Assembly: GCA_038044425.1 (NCBI GenBank)
Contig: JBBTAB010000041.1
Span: 1 to 37,777 of the forward strand
Direction of reading: 5' to 3'
DNA from: Nanobdellota archaeon
Lineage (GTDB): Archaea; Nanobdellota; Nanobdellia; Pacearchaeales; GW2011-AR1
Length of the DNA: 37,777 bases
In this document: positions 1 through 8,220 of the stretch, in pieces
Layout: each line of letters starts with the position of its first letter
Position numbering within the stretch: position 1 is the first letter of the stretch
The notes under the pieces: generated by a model
Databases searched by the model: none
Told to the model about the DNA's origin: nothing
Seen by the model: the letters and a program-made list of their open reading frames with translations, nothing else
Made by a program: the position numbers and the translations under genes

Positions 1-1059
1 TCTGATTTTAAAATTCTTGAAAAAGAAGCCGCGACTGTTGAAATAATAAACAAAACAGTATTAATAACAAATACCGGAAACATTCCTTATAATAAAACAG
101 TTCTTGTAAAAATAGGGAACCAATCCTTGAGTATTGATGTATACTTAAAAGTTGATCAGAGCCAGAGGTGGTTTTTAACAGCACCGGATGGGAGATATCT
201 TATTGAGGTAGTTGCAGATGGGAAAATCACAGGCGCAAGCATAGCCTTGACAGGAGAAAGCATAGACATAAGGAAAGCTTCTGCAGGCATAGGAAGTCTT
301 GTAAAATTCCCCGTTGTATGGATATTTATTCTCGCGGTTCTGGGATTTGTAGCTTTCATATTCTTCAAACGCGGATACCAAAAAAGTTTTATAGGCTACA
401 TGAGAGCTGACCAGAAAAAAAGACCAATGGAAAAAGCAATGGATTTCCAGGTTTATAATCCAAAAAGCGCTAAAGCAGAACTAGAGCTTTCTATTAAAGG
501 TGACGAACAAGATGCCAGCATGATAACTTTAAAAATAAAAAACTTGGAATTGCTAAGAAGAACCAAAGAAAGCGGTTCTGAAGAAATCTTGAAAAAGATT
601 ACAGAGATTGCAGAAGGCCATAAGGCAGCAACCTACGAAAGCAATGATAATATTTTCTTTATCTTCTGTGCTACTAGAACAAAGACATTCAAAAATGAAA
701 TGACAGCATTAAATGCAGCTCAAAAAATAAGAGATTTCCTTCATGATAAAAATAAAGTGCTAAAGAATAAGATAGATTTTGGAATTTCTATCAACCATGG
801 TTCAATTGTGGCAAAGCAGGAATCAGACAGCTTCAAGTTTATGCCTATGGGAAACTTAATGACATTATCAAAGAAAATAGCTTCTGCTGCTGAAAAAGAA
901 ATTTTCATGAGCACGAGAATGGCAGACCTTGTAAGGACAAATGTAAGAGCAGAGAAACATGTAAGGGATGGAACAGATGTATATCTGTTAAAGGATATAA
1001 AGAATTCCGAAGAGCATGAAAAATTCTTAAAAGGATTTATGAAAAGGCAGGAGAAGTAA
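1..1059 (+). CDS. 5'-partial membrane protein with an extracellular N-terminal part, one TM helix and a cytoplasmic domain of weak class III nucleotidyl-cyclase-like layout
   Basis: The frame of track ORF 127..1059 stays open back to base 1 (SDFKILEKEAATVEIINKTVLITNTGNIPYNKTVLVKIGNQS...), so the gene begins upstream of the window. TM segment VVWIFILAVLGFVAFIFF. The C-terminal pattern IFFIFCATR...DFGISINHGSIVAK is loosely cyclase-like, but no clear metal-binding Asp is seen. Confidence 0.55.
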   Translation, partial: SDFKILEKEAATVEIINKTVLITNTGNIPYNKTVLVKIGNQSLSIDVYLKVDQSQRWFLTAPDGRYLIEVVADGKITGASIALTGESIDIRKASAGIGSLVKFPVVWIFILAVLGFVAFIFFKRGYQKSFIGYMRADQKKRPMEKAMDFQVYNPKSAKAELELSIKGDEQDASMITLKIKNLELLRRTKESGSEEILKKITEIAEGHKAATYESNDNIFFIFCATRTKTFKNEMTALNAAQKIRDFLHDKNKVLKNKIDFGISINHGSIVAKQESDSFKFMPMGNLMTLSKKIASAAEKEIFMSTRMADLVRTNVRAEKHVRDGTDVYLLKDIKNSEEHEKFLKGFMKRQEK

Positions 1060-1923
1060 TCACTTCTTCTTTTTCCCTTTTGTCTTAGTTTCTTTTTGTT
1101 TTTCCTGTGTTATTTCTTCTTTAACAATATCTTTTATCTCCTTCTTTGAAAATTTCTCTTTCATATAATCAGAACCAAGAAGTCTTAAGGCAATTCCTGT
1201 TAAAACCAAGACAATTCCCAAGGCAAGGGAAAGCACAAAAACTTTTTGAGTATTGCTCAAAAATATCTTAATTAATTCCGAAAAGCCGCCTGCAAGGGAA
1301 TATGCAAGGTCCTCAAGTTTTAGCATGCTAAATGCAGACAAAGCCAGTAAAGTTCCGACAGCTATTGGCGTGTTTCTTTTTTCCTCAATAAATAAAAAGA
1401 TAAGCGCTATGAGAATCAGGGAAGCTATCAAAGAAATATAAAATTTATTTTTCCAGTAATCTCTTGCTTTCTGGGAAACAAGAAAAAAGGGCAATTTTGT
1501 TTTTACAAAACAATTCCAGAATTTGCAGTCATATTGTTTATAATAAATCTCATAAATGACATCATTAAAAGTTTCATTAATCACCACACCCACATCAGTG
1601 ACATTTGCAGAACATGGGATTGTTACTGTATAACTTTCATAACTAAAAACGTATTCTGTATTGCTTTGGCAATAGTTCTTAATAGTATTTGCATTATCTC
1701 TTGCAACTTTGGTTAGATTAAATTCTCCTAAGACTTCTTTCTGGATTATGCCCCCTGTTCCAGACTCAGACAGGTTTTTTACAAACGGGTAAAGGCTATC
1801 CTTAACATTATCATATTTTAAAGAGGATTGCAGGATGAAAAAAGAGTTTAAAGCAAGGAATGAAAGGAAAAGAAGAACTCCTAATACCAAAACAAATCCG
1901 CCTCTAAAAAAACCCATGACCAA
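1060..1923 (-). CDS. Multi-pass membrane protein with a Cys-containing extracytoplasmic loop and a Lys-rich C-terminal tail
   Basis: 287-aa ORF with hydrophobic segments at the N-terminus and in the C-terminal half and a KQKETKTKGKKKK tail. It abuts the convergent upstream gene with no spacer. Confidence 0.55.
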   Translation of the reverse strand: MVMGFFRGGFVLVLGVLLFLSFLALNSFFILQSSLKYDNVKDSLYPFVKNLSESGTGGIIQKEVLGEFNLTKVARDNANTIKNYCQSNTEYVFSYESYTVTIPCSANVTDVGVVINETFNDVIYEIYYKQYDCKFWNCFVKTKLPFFLVSQKARDYWKNKFYISLIASLILIALIFLFIEEKRNTPIAVGTLLALSAFSMLKLEDLAYSLAGGFSELIKIFLSNTQKVFVLSLALGIVLVLTGIALRLLGSDYMKEKFSKKEIKDIVKEEITQEKQKETKTKGKKKK

Positions 1924-1947
1924 TGAATGGAAAGGGGATTTATAAAA

Positions 1948-2463
1948 TTAATTAAGAGTAAAGATTCTTTTTATGGGAATAAAAAAGCCATTGGGAGTTC
2001 TCTCAAATCTTTTTACCATTATAACCTCATCAATTCCCTTTTCATATAGTGGGGCTCTTACCAATTCTTCATAGCCGAAACTTCTAAAGGTATTAATTGC
2101 CTCTATCTGATTAGATCTGATATCTCCTATGATAGCATCATAAGAGCTTCTTTCTAAAGCCTCTCCCTGTTTTAACATAAATGCGCCAAAATATCTCCCA
2201 CGTAATTTTGGATTGATTCTCAGGTTTTTTATTTCTCTTACTCTTGTAAAAAGTTTATGGGGCTGGAATATCAGGTCTCCAACAAGAGTTCTTCCACTAA
2301 AGGCTAAAATTACAGTTTTGTAAGAATCTAATAATTCCTCTTTTGTTCTCGTAACCCAATCCTGATAATTTGGATAGTCAAGAGACTGGGATCTTAAAAA
2401 AGATTCAAGTTCTGCAAGTTCTCTTTCATCTCCGAGAGATCTGAAGCTAAAATCAAAACCCAT
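1948..2463 (-). CDS. GNAT-family N-acetyltransferase (probable)
   Basis: 171 aa. The segment IKNLRINPKLRGRYFGAFMLKQ resembles the acetyl-CoA binding motif A (R/Q-x-x-G-x-G/A) in a GNAT-sized protein. Confidence 0.5.
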   Translation of the reverse strand: MGFDFSFRSLGDERELAELESFLRSQSLDYPNYQDWVTRTKEELLDSYKTVILAFSGRTLVGDLIFQPHKLFTRVREIKNLRINPKLRGRYFGAFMLKQGEALERSSYDAIIGDIRSNQIEAINTFRSFGYEELVRAPLYEKGIDEVIMVKRFERTPNGFFIPIKRIFTLN

Positions 2464-2549
2464 CTAAAACAATTTAAAAGATAATATAAAAAGATTTAGG
2501 TTATGAATTCAAAGAAAACCTTTATTAATCTCTCCTATTTTTATTAAAT

Positions 2550-5084
2550 ATGCAGGTGAAAAAAGGGGCGACAGAAGAAAGCAAAGATTTCTTAAAGTGG
2601 TTTTCCGAATTAAACAGGGGCTCTGGCAAAGTCGCAGGGGGCAAGGGCGCAAACCTGGCTGAAATTTACAATCTTGGAGTTCCTGTTCCTCCTGGTTTTG
2701 TTATTACAGCGCAGGCATATGACTATTTCATAAAAAAAGCAGGATTGAATGATAAAATAAAGACTTTGCTTGAGAAAATAAATTATGAAGAGACGGCAGA
2801 ACTAGATGAAATAACTAAAAAAATCCGTGAATTAATTGAGAACTCCAGATTGCCTATGGAAATGGAGGAGGAAATTCTTGAAGCATATAAGGTTCTTGGA
2901 ACAGAAGATAACGAGGCAAAGGAACATGCAAATCATTTTTTAGAGGATTCTTCAAAAAATATTTTCGTCGCTGTAAGAAGCAGCGCAACTACAGAAGACC
3001 TGGCAGATGCAAGCTTTGCAGGCCAGCAGGAAACTTTCCTTAATGTAAAAGGAAAGGAGCAGCTTGTTAGTTCTATTAAAAAATGTTTCGCATCTTTGTT
3101 CACTTCCAGAGCCACATATTACAGGAATAAAAAAGGGTTTAAGCATGAGAAATCAAGCCTTGCTGTTGTGGTACAAAAAATGATTGATTCAGATAAATCA
3201 GGCGTTATCTTCTCTAAAGATCCTTCAAGAAACAGGGAAGATGTTGTCATAGAAGCTGTTTGGGGTCTTGGAGAAGGAATTGTCTCGGGAAAAATAACGC
3301 CAGACAGTTATTTGGTTTCCAGAAAATTCCAGATACTGGAGAAAGAAATCGGGAATAAAAAAATTGCAATAACCAGGGGTGTTTCAGGGGATGAAGAAGT
3401 AGTAAAACTAAATGAAGAAAGATCCAGGCAGCAGGTCTTAAAAGACCACGAAATAATAAAATTAGCTGAAATTGCGTTAAGGCTGGAAACACATTATCAA
3501 AAACCGCAGGACATAGAATTCGCGATAGAGAACAATGAAATCTATATAGTTCAGACAAGGCCTATAACCACTTTAGAAAAAAGATCAGAATCAAGTTCAT
3601 TAAAAGAGCTCAAGGGAGAAGTTATTCTGAAAGGCATGGCAGCATCTCCAGGAATAGGTGTAGGAAAAGTAAAAATTGTTCATGGGGTAAATGATCTCGG
3701 AAAAATTGAGAGCGGAGACATCTTAGTAACAGGCATGACAAATCCAGACATGGTAGTTACCATGCAGCGATGTTCTGCAATAGTTACTGACGAAGGCGGC
3801 CTGACAGCTCATGCTGCAATTGTTTCAAGAGAAATGGGAATTCCGGCAGTTGTTGGAACGCAGCACGCAACAGAAAAGCTAAAAGACGGGGAGATTGTAA
3901 CTGTAGATGGTTTTAATGGAAAAGTTTACCGTGGAAGAGTTTCTGAAAATGTGCAGAAAGAGATAAAACCTGTAACACACAAAACAAAAACCAAGTTAAA
4001 AGTAATACTTGATCTCCCCAGTTTCGCAGAAAGAGCTTCACGAGCAGGACTTAAGAGCGTTGGCCTTGCTAGAATTGAAGGGATAATTGCAGAATCAGGA
4101 AAACACCCTAATTATTTTTTGGAAAAAGGAAAAATAAAAGACTATGAGGAAATTATATTCCAGGGTATAAAAAAAATATCTGATTACTTTGACAACATCT
4201 GGGTAAGGACATCTGATATAAGAAGTGATGAATTTCATGATCTTCAGGGAGCACCAAAGGAAATAGAAGCTAATCCTATGCTTGGAATGCACGGGATTCG
4301 TTTCTCTTTGAAATACCCGGAAATTTTAAAGGCTGAATTAAATGCAATGAAGCGCGTTTCTGAACTTGGAAAAACAATAGGCGTAATGGCCCCACAGATA
4401 ATCTCTGTAGAAGAAGTAAAAAAATTAAAAGCCATTATTAAGGAAATAGGTTTTACTAAAGCAAAAATAGGGGTTATGGTAGAAACTCCTGCAGCTGTTC
4501 AGGTTATAAAAGAAATCTGTGATGAAGGAATAGATTTCATTTCTTTTGGGACAAATGATTTAACCCAGTATATTTTGGCTATTGACAGAGGAAATGAACA
4601 AGTCCAGGATTTATATGATGAGATGAATCCAGCTGTCCTGTATCAGCTGGAGTTTGTTATCAGAACCTGCAAGAGAAAAGGTGTTGAGACAAGTATTTGC
4701 GGCCAGTCAGGAAGCAAAAAAGAAATGGTTAAATTCTTGATAGAAAAAGGCATAGACAGCATAAGTGTTAATGCAGATGTGGCTGCAGACATAGCAGAAT
4801 ATGTTTCAGAATTGGAAAAAACAAATGGAAAAAGACCAGAAGAAAAAGAGGATGTTGATAAAGAATATCCGGAAAGCCAGAATAATTCTAATGAAGAAAT
4901 TCTTTCTGCAGAACCTTACTCTTCTGCCACAGATACAAATGAAGAACTTCCAATGATTCCTGGTGCAGAATATGTCAAAGACCAAGAGAACAAGGAAGAA
5001 ACTTCGTCCAGGCTTAGCCAAAGTAAGGAAGAAACTCGTCCTAGCGATGCCGAGTTAAAGGAAGAAACCCTTAATATCTTCTAA
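2550..5084 (+). CDS. ppsA: Phosphoenolpyruvate synthase (pyruvate, water dikinase) with a C-terminal acidic low-complexity tail
   Basis: N-terminal ATP-grasp signature GGKGANLAEI. Swivel phosphohistidine domain TGMTNPDMV...GGLTAHAAIVSREMGIPAVVG. C-terminal PEP-utilising TIM-barrel motif FISFGTNDLTQY. Domain order matches PpsA. Confidence 0.85.
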   Translation: MQVKKGATEESKDFLKWFSELNRGSGKVAGGKGANLAEIYNLGVPVPPGFVITAQAYDYFIKKAGLNDKIKTLLEKINYEETAELDEITKKIRELIENSRLPMEMEEEILEAYKVLGTEDNEAKEHANHFLEDSSKNIFVAVRSSATTEDLADASFAGQQETFLNVKGKEQLVSSIKKCFASLFTSRATYYRNKKGFKHEKSSLAVVVQKMIDSDKSGVIFSKDPSRNREDVVIEAVWGLGEGIVSGKITPDSYLVSRKFQILEKEIGNKKIAITRGVSGDEEVVKLNEERSRQQVLKDHEIIKLAEIALRLETHYQKPQDIEFAIENNEIYIVQTRPITTLEKRSESSSLKELKGEVILKGMAASPGIGVGKVKIVHGVNDLGKIESGDILVTGMTNPDMVVTMQRCSAIVTDEGGLTAHAAIVSREMGIPAVVGTQHATEKLKDGEIVTVDGFNGKVYRGRVSENVQKEIKPVTHKTKTKLKVILDLPSFAERASRAGLKSVGLARIEGIIAESGKHPNYFLEKGKIKDYEEIIFQGIKKISDYFDNIWVRTSDIRSDEFHDLQGAPKEIEANPMLGMHGIRFSLKYPEILKAELNAMKRVSELGKTIGVMAPQIISVEEVKKLKAIIKEIGFTKAKIGVMVETPAAVQVIKEICDEGIDFISFGTNDLTQYILAIDRGNEQVQDLYDEMNPAVLYQLEFVIRTCKRKGVETSICGQSGSKKEMVKFLIEKGIDSISVNADVAADIAEYVSELEKTNGKRPEEKEDVDKEYPESQNNSNEEILSAEPYSSATDTNEELPMIPGAEYVKDQENKEETSSRLSQSKEETRPSDAELKEETLNIF

Positions 5085-5125
5085 ATCAAGAGTAAATTTA
5101 TAAATAAGAAATCATTAAATAGGAC

Positions 5126-5686
5126 ATGATCAAAAAGTCTTCTTCTAAAAGGCGTAAAGGTCCTAAAGCTAAAAGTATAAAGAAAAAAATAAGCCATGGC
5201 GCAAAATCAACAGAGGTTGTATATCATTCTACAAAAGAGATAAAGGTTGAAAGAGCTCTTATTGAAAATTTTATTGGATTACAAAGAGTAATGGTAAATC
5301 TTTCTAATAAGTTTGACAATCTTTCTTCGCAGATTTCAAAACTTCTGGACCTATTTGAAATTTCTGCGAAGGCCTTGGCTAAAAAAGAGTTTTCTTCCTC
5401 AGGTAATTTAGAAACAGAAAGAGTTATGGAAAGGCTGGATAATATATCTCAACAGGCAGGCTTAATAGGAAAAGGCCTGGCTTTAATTCATGAAGTTGGA
5501 ACAGAAAATGAGAGGCCAATTATTCCCCTTAATCCTCAGAGAAAGGTCCAACTTCCCTCTGCTCCTTTATTTCAGCCAATTTTCCAAAACCAAAATGTGG
5601 CTTCTGCAAATTTGCCTGAAAAAATGACAAAAGAGCTCGAGGGTTTTGAAAAATCTATAGCTCATAAAGACGAAGATAAAATATAA
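5126..5686 (+). CDS. Hypothetical protein with a basic N-terminus and a predicted helical or coiled-coil middle
   Basis: 186-aa ORF preceded by an AT-rich promoter-like region. No recognisable catalytic motif. Confidence 0.45.
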   Translation: MIKKSSSKRRKGPKAKSIKKKISHGAKSTEVVYHSTKEIKVERALIENFIGLQRVMVNLSNKFDNLSSQISKLLDLFEISAKALAKKEFSSSGNLETERVMERLDNISQQAGLIGKGLALIHEVGTENERPIIPLNPQRKVQLPSAPLFQPIFQNQNVASANLPEKMTKELEGFEKSIAHKDEDKI

Positions 5687-5892
5687 TTGAGGATAATAGG
5701 TTAAGTTTTAATAATTTAAATGAATATATCTCATTATAACAAACCTTAGCCCTAATTAATAATTTTTCTAAGCTATAAGATAGCACCATAAATATTATTT
5801 AATAATTGCTTTATTAAGATGGGTTTCTTATTAAAAAACTGAAACTATAAAATGAGTAACTTATTTAAAATTAGAAAACATATCATATTACA

Positions 5893-6633
5893 ATGCTTGA
5901 ACAAACATCTAAAAAATTCAGGGAAGATTTTCTTTTAAAACTTACCAAAGAAATTTTAGAACACACGCAGACTTATAGAAATCTCACGTTAAAAAACGAA
6001 GTTCAAAAAGTAATAAGAAGAGTAGAAGAAGGAAAAACCATTGTAGAGCCTAATGTAATAGAGTTAGAGGAAGAAAGAAGAGAAGAGATAAAAAAAGAGG
6101 AAATGAAGCAGTTAGTAGCAGAAAGAATAAAAGAGGAATTTAAGAAAAATTATGAAATAGGAAAAAAAGATCTTTCTACAGAACTTAAAACTATTTCAAG
6201 GTCAGTATCCAGGCCTGTAATAAAAAATGTTTTTGCCAAAAAAATCCAGCCTTTTCTTAGAATCCCTGAACCAAGACTTCCTGAAACAGCTAGACACATA
6301 AGACCCCAAGCCACAAGGGAAGAGATAGATTTAGGAAAAATCAATGCCTTAATAAGAGATCCTTTAGTAAAAGTAATAGAATGCAATGGCCAAGATGAGA
6401 ATATTATTGTAATAGGAATAATGGGCAGGAAAAAAACACCCATAACTCTGAATAAGGAAGAGATGGAGCAGATATTGCAGACATTTTCCCAAGCTGCAAA
6501 AATACCTGTTCATGAGGGTCTTTTCAAGGCAGCTGTCGGTACTGCAGTAATTTCAGCAGTTGTCTCAGATATAGCTGGAATAAAATTTGTAATAAGAAAA
6601 ATTTCACAGGAGTTTTCATATCAAATAGAATAA
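5893..6633 (+). CDS. Stand-alone N-terminal domain of a FlaI/PilB/VirB11-type secretion ATPase, lacking the P-loop core
   Basis: INALIRDPLVKVIECNGQDENIIV matches the conserved DP-x-[IV]-E-[DI]-I-x-[CV]-N-G block. The ORF ends just after GIKFVIRK, the F-x-IRK motif that normally precedes Walker A. No Walker A follows; the convergent gene overlaps the stop. Confidence 0.45.
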   Translation: MLEQTSKKFREDFLLKLTKEILEHTQTYRNLTLKNEVQKVIRRVEEGKTIVEPNVIELEEERREEIKKEEMKQLVAERIKEEFKKNYEIGKKDLSTELKTISRSVSRPVIKNVFAKKIQPFLRIPEPRLPETARHIRPQATREEIDLGKINALIRDPLVKVIECNGQDENIIVIGIMGRKKTPITLNKEEMEQILQTFSQAAKIPVHEGLFKAAVGTAVISAVVSDIAGIKFVIRKISQEFSYQIE

Positions 6634-8105
6634 TTTCCCAAAAATTCGTTTCTCTGTTCTTCCAAAGTTTCGTTAGAGGAAAGCCTTTCCGCTAAGTCTT
6701 TGAGCCATTTTATCCTGTCTTGCGCCATGAAATTCTGCAGTTCTTCAGGATTTAGTGATTCATCATAAGAATACTCGACCCAATATCCTCCAAGCTCATA
6801 TCTTATGATTGCAAATCCGTTCTTTGTTTTTGCACTTTTTACCTCGAGAGAAAGATTTCCAAATTCATTAGAAAGAACACTTCTTTCTTCTTCTGTAAGT
6901 TCTAATTCCTGAATAGGTATCTCTGTTTTGTTCTGTGTCTCATTTAAAATTAGCCCTGGCGATATTTCCTGCGGTGCTGCCCCTGTCTGATTTTGTTCAG
7001 GCGTGGCTTGCGGGATAATCTCGCTCTCTCCTACAACTTCATTATCTCCAACAATAGTTTCCAGGGAAACTATTTCTTCTCCTTCATAAAAAATTCCAAC
7101 CTTTAGCTGGCCCTTTTCCAGCAAAAGATTCAGCTCGTTGAGATTTATTGTAAACTCTTTGATATCTTCTCCGGAATAGCTGCTCCCGAACCCTTCTTCT
7201 CTCTCTGAGTAAGTTGTAGAAACAGAGGCAATATTTCCCTCTGTTGTTAAAGATAAATCATCTTCAGATAATTGTTTAGAGCCAGATGTAACGCTCAGGG
7301 GCTTTATTTCAGCCCTTTCCCCGTCTTGTAAGGTATAGGTGAAAGGATTTCCCACAGATGCACTGCCCTGAACTTCTTTTTGAAATTCAACTATGGCATT
7401 CCCTGTTGGTGTCAAGCTCAAAAAGAAATTTGAAATAATATCCAAAGGATTGCTTGATTGCTCTCCTTGTGATGTTTCTTCGGTCTGTGTTTCTGTTGTT
7501 GCCTCCGCAGGGGTTGTTTCTTGTATTGTCTCTGTGGAAATTGTTTCAGTCTGTATTGTTTCATTTGTTGCTTCCGGAGTTTCTGCTGGAGCTTCTTCAA
7601 CATTTTTTTCAGAAGAGATTATTAATGTGAACCTAACCTCAGGATAAATTTCTCTTGTTCCTGAAATTCCAAAACCTTCTCCAGAACCATCTATATTTTC
7701 CCGGGAAATGAAAAAATCTCCATTTGTGCTTGGCTCTGAAATTAAATCCTTTAGGGGGTATTCGTATTTCTTCCCCGTATTTTCAAAAACTGCAACAGAA
7801 GATGCAGGGATTAACTCACCTTGCTTTAAAGAAAGCTTAAGTCCTCCATCAAGAGTTTTGCCTTCCTGATAATTTGCATTTAAATCAAGGACAGCATGTC
7901 CTGTCAATTTACTTGGCATCTGTCCAATAAAATAGGCTCCAAGAAGTATCAGAAAAATAAGCGGAAGTATCCAGATAATTTTTCTCAGATTTGTCTTTTT
8001 CTGGCCATGATATTCTGAAACAACTTTTCCGTCAATTCGTTTGCTGTGGTACAGATATGGTCCGTATATTTTTCCATCTTTTTTTATGTATTTCTCGTAA
8101 GCCAT
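6621..8105 (-). CDS. Membrane-anchored surface protein with a Thr/Glu-rich linker
   Basis: 494 aa. Short cytoplasmic N-terminus, TM helix IIWILPLIFLILLGAYFIG, then a large extracytoplasmic region including the low-complexity stretch EEAPAETPEATNETIQTETISTETIQETTPAEATTETQTEETS. Confidence 0.6.
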   Translation of the reverse strand: MAYEKYIKKDGKIYGPYLYHSKRIDGKVVSEYHGQKKTNLRKIIWILPLIFLILLGAYFIGQMPSKLTGHAVLDLNANYQEGKTLDGGLKLSLKQGELIPASSVAVFENTGKKYEYPLKDLISEPSTNGDFFISRENIDGSGEGFGISGTREIYPEVRFTLIISSEKNVEEAPAETPEATNETIQTETISTETIQETTPAEATTETQTEETSQGEQSSNPLDIISNFFLSLTPTGNAIVEFQKEVQGSASVGNPFTYTLQDGERAEIKPLSVTSGSKQLSEDDLSLTTEGNIASVSTTYSEREEGFGSSYSGEDIKEFTINLNELNLLLEKGQLKVGIFYEGEEIVSLETIVGDNEVVGESEIIPQATPEQNQTGAAPQEISPGLILNETQNKTEIPIQELELTEEERSVLSNEFGNLSLEVKSAKTKNGFAIIRYELGGYWVEYSYDESLNPEELQNFMAQDRIKWLKDLAERLSSNETLEEQRNEFLGNYSI

Positions 8106-8220
8106 TTTGGTTGAATCTAGATTTTGTCTAATCTTTTTTAAAAAGATTATTTTGTAGGGTAACTAATTTATAGTAAGAAAGGCGGAATATATTTAAAGGT
8201 TTCCAGAAGTTTAATCTTAT

